Shown in pieces: positions 38,420-47,122 of a DNA stretch of 64,000 bases (position 1 is its first letter; every line of letters starts with the position of its first letter). This DNA is from Candidatus Bathyarchaeota archaeon (GTDB taxonomy: Archaea; Thermoproteota; Bathyarchaeia; 40CM-2-53-6). The stretch covers positions 1,550-65,549 of the forward strand of contig VBBP01000051.1 of assembly GCA_005884195.1 (NCBI GenBank), in the 5' to 3' direction. The position numbers and the translations under genes are program-made. The notes below the pieces were generated by a model. It made no database searches, was not told where the DNA came from, and saw only the letters and a list, made by a program, of their open reading frames with translations.

Positions 38420-39007
38420 TTGTCGAGGCTCATGCCCCATGGAATGAAGATTGGCGCAGTGTCGCTCTGGCTGCTACTGTTACTGTCGGAGAGACCGATG
38501 TATGGCTATGAGGTCATTCGAGAACTTGAGAAGAGGTTCTCAGGCTACTGGAAACCGAAAGCCGGAACCATCTATCCCGCCCTAGAGAAACTGGAGAAGA
38601 ATCACATGCTTACAAGCCGAGTTGAGTTTCGAGAAGAGGCGCCCGACCGGAAACACTATGCGCTTACAGATGCAGGCCGTAGTGAACTTGCAAGTACTAT
38701 GGCCTACTGGACTAGAATGACCGAGATACTCGAAACATACAGGGAAACGCACCAGTCGATATTCCGCCACAAAACCGAGCTCCGAAAAAATCAGCTCTCA
38801 GAATTTTTCACAAGGCTTTCTGAATCCCTTCGCAGCAGATCATTCGAAGTCAAGAAACTGTTTCCTGAATCTGAAACGCCCACCCGGATTTCTCCAACTG
38901 AACCAATGAGGTTGAAGTTTCTCTACGCGAAGGAGAACCAGAAATTCGAGATTCACATGGAACTTGAATGGCTGACCACCCAGAAACAAACATCCGCTCG
39001 ATCATAA
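38420..39007 (+). CDS. PadR-family regulator with C-terminal extension
   Basis: MYGYEVIRELE, GTIYPALEKLE, RKHYALTDAG; start TTG 38420 or ATG 38432. Confidence 0.9.
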   Translation: MSRLMPHGMKIGAVSLWLLLLLSERPMYGYEVIRELEKRFSGYWKPKAGTIYPALEKLEKNHMLTSRVEFREEAPDRKHYALTDAGRSELASTMAYWTRMTEILETYRETHQSIFRHKTELRKNQLSEFFTRLSESLRSRSFEVKKLFPESETPTRISPTEPMRLKFLYAKENQKFEIHMELEWLTTQKQTSARS

Positions 39008-39054
39008 GACGAATCCAGTTCTGGGACTTGGAATCACAGGCAAGGTAATGCGAT

Positions 39055-40257
39055 ATGTCTTTTGACTGGATGGCCAAAGACGGAAAAGTCATTCTCATCG
39101 AGAAAGCGGTGCGCACCGTACCCTACGGTTTCCTAGGGGTCCTGTTTTCAGTCTACTTGAGCCAGCTAGGTCTCGACGCCTTCCTCATAGGCGTGGTTTT
39201 GGCCTTGACTGTCGCTTCGAGCGCGATCTACACTCTCGTCGCGAGCCTATTCGCTGATCGTCTAGGCCGTAAGCGGACATTGATCTTCTTCGCTCTTACT
39301 GACGCACTGGCTGGCGTTCTTCTATTCTTCTCTGATTCATTGTGGGCTCCAATAGCGGCCGGAATTGTCGGCAACATGACTGTCGGAGCGGGAGAAGTTG
39401 GTCCCTTTCTAACCTTAGAACAGGCGATTCTCCCGGGAGCCTCGGACAGCAGGCGGAGAACCTTGGGGTTTAGCGTCTACAATCTCGTAGGATACGTCTC
39501 ATCATCAGCCGGAGCCCTTCTGGTCGGCCTACCCCAATACATCGGACCCGGCATAGCAGGATATCGCCCCCTCTTCCTGGCATATCTCGCCTCAGGATTG
39601 CTGGGAGCATATCTCTACTCGAAGCTCTCAAAAAAGGTCGAGAAGGAAAAGACCGCATCCCCTGGTATCACTGTCTTGTCCGAGGCCTCGAAGCCAGTAG
39701 TGAGGAAACTCTCAGCCTTGTTCGCGTTGGACTCGTTTGGTGGAGGCTTCATCGGCATAAGCATACTCTCGTACTATTTCTACGAGAAATATTCCCTGCA
39801 GCTCAGCTCGCTCGGATTGCTGTTCGCCGGTACGCAGATCGTAACAGCAATCTCGTTCTTGTTTGCTGAACGGATCGCTCGCCAGATAGGCTTGATCAAG
39901 ACCATGGTCTACACGCATATCCCATCGAATCTCTTATTGGCGATCATTCCCTTTGTTTCTTCCGCTCCAATTGCTGTTGGTCTGCTTCTCTCTCGGCAAT
40001 CTCTCTCTCAGATGGATGTGCCTACTCGTCAATCATATCTGATGAGTGTGGTGCCAGAGACTGATCGCACCCCTGCTGCTGGGTTCACCAATGTTTCCCG
40101 CAGCATCGCTCAGACTTTCAGTCCCTCAATTGCTGGTTACGCAATCGCCACACTATGGCTGGGTTCTCCATTTGTTATCGCCGGTGCATTGAAGGTCGGC
40201 TATGACCTGGTTCTCTACAAGATTTTTCACAAGCTGAAACCGCCCCAAGAAGCCTAG
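39055..40257 (+). CDS. MFS transporter
   Basis: ADRLGRKR, LDSFGGGF, MVYTHIPSN, SQMDVPTRQSY. Confidence 0.92.
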   Translation: MSFDWMAKDGKVILIEKAVRTVPYGFLGVLFSVYLSQLGLDAFLIGVVLALTVASSAIYTLVASLFADRLGRKRTLIFFALTDALAGVLLFFSDSLWAPIAAGIVGNMTVGAGEVGPFLTLEQAILPGASDSRRRTLGFSVYNLVGYVSSSAGALLVGLPQYIGPGIAGYRPLFLAYLASGLLGAYLYSKLSKKVEKEKTASPGITVLSEASKPVVRKLSALFALDSFGGGFIGISILSYYFYEKYSLQLSSLGLLFAGTQIVTAISFLFAERIARQIGLIKTMVYTHIPSNLLLAIIPFVSSAPIAVGLLLSRQSLSQMDVPTRQSYLMSVVPETDRTPAAGFTNVSRSIAQTFSPSIAGYAIATLWLGSPFVIAGALKVGYDLVLYKIFHKLKPPQEA

Positions 40258-40308
40258 GGGCAAAGCTTTCGAACCGTGCTAAAACCCGAGTATCGGAGGG
40301 AATGAGAA

Positions 40309-40809
40309 CTGTTTGATCCCTTTACGCTGCTAATACAAATCGTAAGTGTCACCGTCCTCTGGGCAATTGTCGGCGAGTTATTTCGTCGAGGGCTCACTGC
40401 GATCGCCAAAAGAGCAGGAGCCTCCAAACAGCTCGTCAGAAACATCCGAGATGGTGTCAGGATAGCATGGGTTGTTGTCGCTGTCGCCGCTGTTCTGGTA
40501 GTCACGGGGATCGCTTCCGAATTTCAAGCTCTGACTGTCACAGGGTTGGCAGGGCTGACAATTTCCTTGGCTCTCCAGACAACACTCTCCAATATTATTG
40601 CTGGGGTCCTGCTCTTCTCAGACAAGACCCTTAGATTGAACGACGTCATTTCCTACAGTGGGATAAAGGGAATAGTTGTCAGGGTCGGCCTGAGGTCGAC
40701 CCTGATCAGAACACAAGAGGGAAACATTGCCATAATCGGCAACAGTACACTGATGAGCGGACCCTTCATCAACTACACCGCGGAAGAGCGTCTAGTGGGA
40801 AAACCATGA
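40309..40809 (+). CDS. mscS: Small MscS-family mechanosensitive channel; probable CTG start
   Basis: LALQTTLSNIIAG, G.V..VGLRST; the frame extends upstream through TM helices to CTG 40309, 8 nt after GGAGGG, with an in-frame TGA two codons earlier. Confidence 0.8.
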   Translation: MFDPFTLLIQIVSVTVLWAIVGELFRRGLTAIAKRAGASKQLVRNIRDGVRIAWVVVAVAAVLVVTGIASEFQALTVTGLAGLTISLALQTTLSNIIAGVLLFSDKTLRLNDVISYSGIKGIVVRVGLRSTLIRTQEGNIAIIGNSTLMSGPFINYTAEERLVGKP

Positions 40810-40849
40810 GGATGAGGGGTTTTCTAGAAAAACGTCTCGTGAAAAACGC

Positions 40850-41134
40850 TCATTGCGGTGGCTCGTCCTTTGCCCGTACTCCTTCGCCTTCTCCCCGGGA
40901 GAGGGATGCTAGGATGGCATTCACTAGGTTTCTTGCAGATTCTGGTGTTAGTTCGACCGCGATTCTAGCTTTCGGTCCAACTGCTTCATTGAGGAAGTCG
41001 ATGATTACGGCGCGTCCGGACTGAGCGTGATCGGGATGGTCATAGGAAACGCTGGCTTGATCTAGAGGGTACCAGCCGTCTGGACCTTTGCCGCTACCCG
41101 AGACTTTTGCGTTCTCAACGATCCCTGTACACAT
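40850..41134 (-). CDS. DUF6295-like protein
   Basis: MCT...GSGKG..GW, YDHP.HA, IDF, ARIAVEL..SAR. Confidence 0.75.
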   Translation of the reverse strand: MCTGIVENAKVSGSGKGPDGWYPLDQASVSYDHPDHAQSGRAVIIDFLNEAVGPKARIAVELTPESARNLVNAILASLSRGEGEGVRAKDEPPQ

Positions 41135-41178
41135 GAATTCTCGTCCTCACCATGGCGAGAGGAAGTATCTTGACAAGG

Positions 41179-41949
41179 TCAGTCGGTAGTTCCGAGATAT
41201 TTTTCGAAGAATGCGAACAACTTGTTCCAGCCATCTACGGCTTGCTCTTGTCGATACCCTGATCTGTCGTAGTAGAAGAAACCATGCCCAGCTTTCGGAT
41301 ACATGTGAAACTCATAGGTCTTCCCGTACTTCTTCAACTCCTGCTCATGTTGCTCAACTTGCTGCGGAGTCGGAAACTGATCCTCTTCACCAAAGAGTCC
41401 AAGCAGTGGACACGACAAGTCCTTCGTATAGTCTATTGGTGCGACGGGATACTTGGCGGTCAGTTCTTGCTTCGACATAACTACTCTTCCGCCCCAACAG
41501 TCGACGGCGGCATCGAAGCCCTTTGTTCTGCAAGCCACAAGGAACACCTGTCTTCCGCCTGAGCAGGTCCCGAATAGTCCCGCCTTGCCGTTGCTCTGCG
41601 GGAGAGATTTCAGGTAACTTAGACTCTCAGCGATGTCCCCAACAACATCATCGTCGGGCACTCCTCCAGCCGCCCGTACTTTCGCAGCAATGTCCTCTGG
41701 CGCACCGTGGCCGAACTGGTAGTAGATGTTGGGACTGACTGCAAGGTACCCGTGGTGGGCGAACTTGCGAGTGGTCTCCCGATACCACTCGTCCCATCCG
41801 GGTGCGTGATGGATTAGCACGACCCCAGGGAAGGGTCCTGATCCTAGGGGACGAGCGAAATAGGCGTTGATAACGGTGCTATTGTGTCCAGGAACAGTTA
41901 CGGTTTCGGCCATCATTCCTTCATACATATCTGTCCGATACTTGCGCAT
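41179..41949 (-). CDS. Dienelactone hydrolase family protein
   Basis: GTCSGG nucleophile motif, GEED, YPKAGHGF. Confidence 0.92.
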   Translation of the reverse strand: MRKYRTDMYEGMMAETVTVPGHNSTVINAYFARPLGSGPFPGVVLIHHAPGWDEWYRETTRKFAHHGYLAVSPNIYYQFGHGAPEDIAAKVRAAGGVPDDDVVGDIAESLSYLKSLPQSNGKAGLFGTCSGGRQVFLVACRTKGFDAAVDCWGGRVVMSKQELTAKYPVAPIDYTKDLSCPLLGLFGEEDQFPTPQQVEQHEQELKKYGKTYEFHMYPKAGHGFFYYDRSGYRQEQAVDGWNKLFAFFEKYLGTTD

Positions 41950-42147
41950 GCCCGATGCTCACCCGTTGTTGACGAGAGGCATGTCTGTTTAGCTTTTCCT
42001 AACACTATGAGAACCTTCGTTGACCTCTGTACCTCCAAACGCTGACGAAGGGACCGCAGGTCAAAACTACTCGGGCGAAACTATGGATCCTTCCCCCGAA
42101 GTAATGGCCCTTAAGTATTCGATTGTAAATTCCACGCTTGGAATGTT

Positions 42148-44541
42148 ATGCAGGTAACTGCTCAAGCGGGCAAGACCGTCCAACAAGTCAAAGAATACGA
42201 TTTGTTCCTAGACATCGACTTTGACTCTCTGAAATTCTCTGGCGAAGTGAGAATCGACATAGACGCAACTGGAGACGTCAGCTTGGACGCTGTGGACTTG
42301 GAGGTTACTAGTGCGAAAGCAAACAATCGAAACCTGCCATTCAAACAACATGGAAACATTGTTGATATTCAGACTGGCCAGTTCTCCGGCACGCTAGACG
42401 TTGATTATCGAGGAAAGGTCTCCGAGACCCTAACCGGGTTCTACAAAGCTCCTTACGGAGACAAGTACATCCTGACAACACACTTCGAGGCAGGACACGC
42501 TCGCCGACTCCTACCCTGCATCGATCATCCCGCCTACAAGGCCGACTTCAAACTCGCAGTCCGGACCCGAAGCGATCTCTCTGTAATCTCGAACATGCCC
42601 CTCGAATCCGAAAAGAAAGAAGGCGGCAAGAAAACTGTCAGTTTCTATAAAACTCCGAAAATGTCTACCTATCTCCTCTATGTCGGAGTCGGCAAATTTG
42701 AGGAGGACCGGAGCCGCCACAACCAGACCGAGTTGTATGCAGCTTCCGTAGCCAAGCCTGATGGCAGGATCAAAACCGCGCTCGCGTTCGAGGCTGCTCA
42801 AAAGTCCCTGGAATTCTACGAAAAGTATTTCGGCATCAACTACGATTTGCCGAAGCTCCACTTGATTGCAGTTCCAGAATTCGCCTATGGAGCGATGGAG
42901 AACTGGGGAGCCATAACTTTCCGGGAGATATTGCTGCATGCTGACAAGGATACAAGCACGTCTACTAAGAAGAGCATAGTCGAAGTAATCGCGCACGAGA
43001 TTGCTCACATGTGGTTCGGCGATCTCGTGACGATGAAATGGTGGGACGATCTATGGCTCAACGAGAGCTTCGCAACCTTCATGGCCTACAAGGTAGTCGA
43101 CTCGGCCTATCCCCAGTGGAAGATCTGGCAAGACTTCGTCAAGAACAGCACCGGAGGAGCTATGGCCCGAGACGCATTGAAGAGCACCCATCCCATCGAG
43201 GCCAAGGTCCGCTCCCCAGAAGAAATCGAAGAACTCTTCGACGAGATCAGCTATGGCAAGGGCGCCAGCATTCTGCGAATGATCGAAGCATACATTGGCC
43301 CAGACAAGTTCCAGAAGGGTGTTAGCAAGTATCTGCAACAATTCCGATACTCTAACGCCTCGGGCCGCGACCTATGGGACCATCTGCAGCAAGCATCCGG
43401 TCTCGACGTTAGCCACATAATGGGAGAGTGGATCAGCAAGATAGGATACCCGGTTGTCAAGGCTTCCCTCTCTCAAGGCAAGCTGGTACTAGAGCAGGAG
43501 AGGTTCCTTCTCTCTGGGGCGAGGGAGAAACAGATGTGGCCTATCCCGGTAACGATATCGGTGGACGGTAAGACTCAGCAGCTCCTGCTCGACAAGGAGA
43601 AGACTGAGGTCAAAATTTCCAATCCGAAATCCTTGAAGTTGAACGTCGACCGGACGGGGTTCTACCGAACTGACTATCGTGGCAGCGAACTACAAGCGCT
43701 TGTCTGGGGGGGCGAACTGTCGGGACTAGACCGATATGGCATAGCAAACGATGCTTGGGCCTTCCTCAACTCAAGTAGAATGAGCTGGAGGGAATACCAG
43801 AATCTCCTCGAGCGATTCTTTAGCGACGAAGAATACCTGCCAACGTTTGAAACTTCAGAACGACTCACAACCCTATTCCTGATCGCGCCGAGAAGGGTCG
43901 CCGATCTGTCGCGAAGATACCACAAGTCTCAGCTGAAAATCCTTGAGGGAAAACGAGACGAGAACAGCTCGTTGCTCAAGGGAATCATCGCGTTAAGACT
44001 CGCTATTCTAGACGATGTCTACGCGCGAGAGGCAGGTACGAAATTCAAGCACTTGGCCGATGTCGAGCCTGACATGAAGCGCTCTGTGATCGTTGGTTAT
44101 GCAAGATCATCGAACGACTATGACGGGCTCCTAGACGCGTACAAGAAAAGCATTACTGACGAGGATCGCCTCAGGTACTTGGAGGGACTTGCCAGCTTCA
44201 AACGCCCCGACTTGGTCAGAAAGGTTCAGGATTTCGCGATGGGGGGCAACGTGAAGCGCCAGGATATTGGACGGGGGCTGCTCCAGTTCGCGAGCTCGAA
44301 TCCGGATGCACACGCCGTGACCTGGGAGTGGTTTAGGGACAATATTGAGAAACTTGACAAGATGTACGAAGGAACCGCAACGCTCTCGGCCTACATGCGC
44401 ATGTATATCTCGATCATAGGCGTTGGCCGAGTTCGAGAAGTCGAGAAACTCTTCAGCGAACACAAACTAGCCGGCGCAGATTCAACTCTTGAGAGATTGA
44501 AAATTCACGATCGACTGGCCAATGAGATAACAAAATCATAG
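42148..44541 (+). CDS. M1 aminopeptidase (APN / tricorn-interacting-factor-like)
   Basis: GAMENWG, HEIAHMWFG, LWLNES, YGKG. Confidence 0.96.
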   Translation: MQVTAQAGKTVQQVKEYDLFLDIDFDSLKFSGEVRIDIDATGDVSLDAVDLEVTSAKANNRNLPFKQHGNIVDIQTGQFSGTLDVDYRGKVSETLTGFYKAPYGDKYILTTHFEAGHARRLLPCIDHPAYKADFKLAVRTRSDLSVISNMPLESEKKEGGKKTVSFYKTPKMSTYLLYVGVGKFEEDRSRHNQTELYAASVAKPDGRIKTALAFEAAQKSLEFYEKYFGINYDLPKLHLIAVPEFAYGAMENWGAITFREILLHADKDTSTSTKKSIVEVIAHEIAHMWFGDLVTMKWWDDLWLNESFATFMAYKVVDSAYPQWKIWQDFVKNSTGGAMARDALKSTHPIEAKVRSPEEIEELFDEISYGKGASILRMIEAYIGPDKFQKGVSKYLQQFRYSNASGRDLWDHLQQASGLDVSHIMGEWISKIGYPVVKASLSQGKLVLEQERFLLSGAREKQMWPIPVTISVDGKTQQLLLDKEKTEVKISNPKSLKLNVDRTGFYRTDYRGSELQALVWGGELSGLDRYGIANDAWAFLNSSRMSWREYQNLLERFFSDEEYLPTFETSERLTTLFLIAPRRVADLSRRYHKSQLKILEGKRDENSSLLKGIIALRLAILDDVYAREAGTKFKHLADVEPDMKRSVIVGYARSSNDYDGLLDAYKKSITDEDRLRYLEGLASFKRPDLVRKVQDFAMGGNVKRQDIGRGLLQFASSNPDAHAVTWEWFRDNIEKLDKMYEGTATLSAYMRMYISIIGVGRVREVEKLFSEHKLAGADSTLERLKIHDRLANEITKS

Positions 44542-45239
44542 CCCTTAGAGCCGCTTAACATAGACCCGACCGAGAGGTCTCGATCGGGACGCTCTTGCCG
44601 TTCATCGCTCAACGGGCTCCCTTGTCGAGATTTTTTTTCTCGACGGTGATGCTCTTGAAGTACGGAGCGATGTTGTCGATCTCGAAGAGTCCTCTTCTGT
44701 CTCAGGACCCGGTCGCGGTTGTCTCCAGCGAATCTAAGGATAGTCCAGCGAGGCTTGCATTTCTGTCGAATATGACGTTCTCACAAAAGCCCAGAGATGC
44801 GATGAAATAATCCGTTGGAGTTAGGCCCTGCCTGGTTCCTCCGATACTCTCCGGCTGGTCTTGGATTACCGAAGCCTCGGATTTTTGCCTCGGAATGTTG
44901 GTCTTTGATTAGTTTCGCTTCGGCCCCGTTTGTCGCTAATGTGTTTGCAGTGCCTGAGGCAACGATGTTTTGCCGGAGCGTTTCGAATCTTTGCTTAACT
45001 CAGGGGTATATCATCACGCCTCATTGCTATGAATGCAATCATAACTGTTTTTTGGATCTTTCCAACTGCGGGGCGAGCGTGTGTAGGATTTCGCCTTTTC
45101 AAAGCACTTCTTGAAAGGGTTCCAAGAGCGATCATAGTCGCCTTCGTCTGAGCTCAAAATTCTACGCGAGTGGTATCGAAGCGCTTTTGAGACAGCCTTG
45201 ATGCCGAAACCGTGACGTGTCGGAGTAGGGCTAAGATTC

Positions 45240-47093
45240 TTGTCTGACAGGCGGGATTCCGCTGGGGGTTACAAGCCCATCAGCGATTACGGGGTAATCG
45301 GAGATATGCACTCGGCGGCGCTCGTTGGCCTCGATGGTTCCATCGATTGGTATTGCGCTCCGAGGTTCGACTCGCCAAGCGTGTTCGCCGCTCTGCTTGA
45401 CTCGCAAAAGGGAGGTAGATTCCAGCTATCGCCCACAGGGAATTTCACAACGAAGCAGAGTTACGAGGGCGAGACCAACATTCTAGCGACTACGTTCGAT
45501 TCCAAAGAGGGGCGCGTCAAGCTTACCGACTTTATGCCTTGTTTTATGGAAAAGGGAGAACTGAAAGGATTTCAGGAAATCCACAGGGTCGTAGATTGTC
45601 AGGACGGTAATCCTGGACTCAGAATCACTTTCCAACCGCGTTTCAACTATGCCCGGGGAAAAACGATCATACTGGAGACTAGGGAGGGATGTGTTGCAAA
45701 GAATGAAAGGCATCACCTTAGTCTCGCTTCGTCCCTGAAGCTCCTCGTTTCAGACCAGGACCTGTTGGTCAACGATTTCCGCCTGTCCAGAGGTCAGAGA
45801 CTTGTCTTCGTCCTCAAGTGGGGAAACAGCTCGCCAACGTCTACGGGGAGATACGAAACTAGCAGGAAGCTATCAAAGACGTTGTCCTATTGGAAGCGGT
45901 GGGTTAGCCATGTAAAGTATCAGGGACCGTATCGAGCACACGTCGTAAGATCTTGTCTCGTCTTGAAATTGCTTCAGTATGCGCCGACCGGGGCCATGGT
46001 AGCCGCTGTCACAACCTCTCTGCCTGAGAGTATTGGAGCGTTGAGAAATTGGGACTATCGATACTCTTGGATCAGAGACAACGCTCTCTCAGTCTGGGCA
46101 TTGAGCGAGGCCGGAGCCACAAGGGAAGCCCTAGACTACACAAGATGGATGATCAATGTCCGACGTCACTCGAAAGAGAAATTGCAGATAATGATGGGCA
46201 TTGGCGGCGAGAGGGAGATCCCCGAATTTACTTTGGACCATCTCGAAGGGTATCGACGATCGAGCCCCGTGCGAATAGGAAACGCCGCGTATGGACAAGT
46301 TCAGTTGGACATTTATGGAATCCTCGCTGATTCCATGTATTATCTTCACCGGGCTCTGGGATGGACCACTAAGCAAGTGTACGAAAATCTTGTGAAGTAT
46401 TCGGCGGACCAGGCGGCGGCGGATTGGGAGAAGTCTGATAGCGGAATCTGGGAGATGCGTCAAGCTAGACCGTTCGTGGAGTCGAAGATGTGGTGCTATG
46501 TCGCTCTCGACCGAGCGATCAAGATAGCACGAGAGCTGGGATACGACGACGACTGGCATCGGTGGGATCCTGTTAAGAAGAAGATCAGGGCCGAGATTCT
46601 GTCCAACGGATGGTCTGACAAGAAGAAGGCGTTTACAATGGTTCTTGGCGGTGACGAACTCGACGCGGCCAATCTCCTAATGCCCCTGGTAGGGTTCCTC
46701 CCGGCCAGGGATCCCAAAATGACGTCGACAATCCAACACATCCGAGAAGAGCTTTCCAAGGGGGATCTAGTCTACAGATATAATGTGGATGATGGTCAAC
46801 TGGGAAAGGAAGGAGCCTTTACGGTGTGCAGCTTCTGGATGGTGGACTGCCTGACGCGGCTAGGAAAGTTGGGCGAGGCCGAGGGACTGTTGAATCAGTT
46901 ATTGAAACGGGGTAATCATCTGGGCTTGTACTCTGAAGAAATTGATCCCGAAACCGGTGAGGCATTGGGGAACTTTCCTCAAGCCTATACTCACATGGGT
47001 TTGATTACCGCCTCTGTTCGGCTTGAGGAGGCACGTCGAAAGACCGGGTTTATGCGCTATGCCCGTGCTCTATCTAATCGAATAGGCGGCTAG
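45240..47093 (+). CDS. Glycoside hydrolase family 15 (trehalase-like)
   Basis: NWDYRYSWIRD, GIWEMR, EGAF..CSFW, GNFPQAYTH. Confidence 0.93.
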   Translation: MSDRRDSAGGYKPISDYGVIGDMHSAALVGLDGSIDWYCAPRFDSPSVFAALLDSQKGGRFQLSPTGNFTTKQSYEGETNILATTFDSKEGRVKLTDFMPCFMEKGELKGFQEIHRVVDCQDGNPGLRITFQPRFNYARGKTIILETREGCVAKNERHHLSLASSLKLLVSDQDLLVNDFRLSRGQRLVFVLKWGNSSPTSTGRYETSRKLSKTLSYWKRWVSHVKYQGPYRAHVVRSCLVLKLLQYAPTGAMVAAVTTSLPESIGALRNWDYRYSWIRDNALSVWALSEAGATREALDYTRWMINVRRHSKEKLQIMMGIGGEREIPEFTLDHLEGYRRSSPVRIGNAAYGQVQLDIYGILADSMYYLHRALGWTTKQVYENLVKYSADQAAADWEKSDSGIWEMRQARPFVESKMWCYVALDRAIKIARELGYDDDWHRWDPVKKKIRAEILSNGWSDKKKAFTMVLGGDELDAANLLMPLVGFLPARDPKMTSTIQHIREELSKGDLVYRYNVDDGQLGKEGAFTVCSFWMVDCLTRLGKLGEAEGLLNQLLKRGNHLGLYSEEIDPETGEALGNFPQAYTHMGLITASVRLEEARRKTGFMRYARALSNRIGG

Positions 47094-47122
47094 TGAGGGG
47101 AGCGCCTAATAATGAGGCGGTT

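Noticed and set aside
44595..45114. Two short + strand ORFs after the aminopeptidase
   Set aside because: No motifs or clear RBS; likely spurious.
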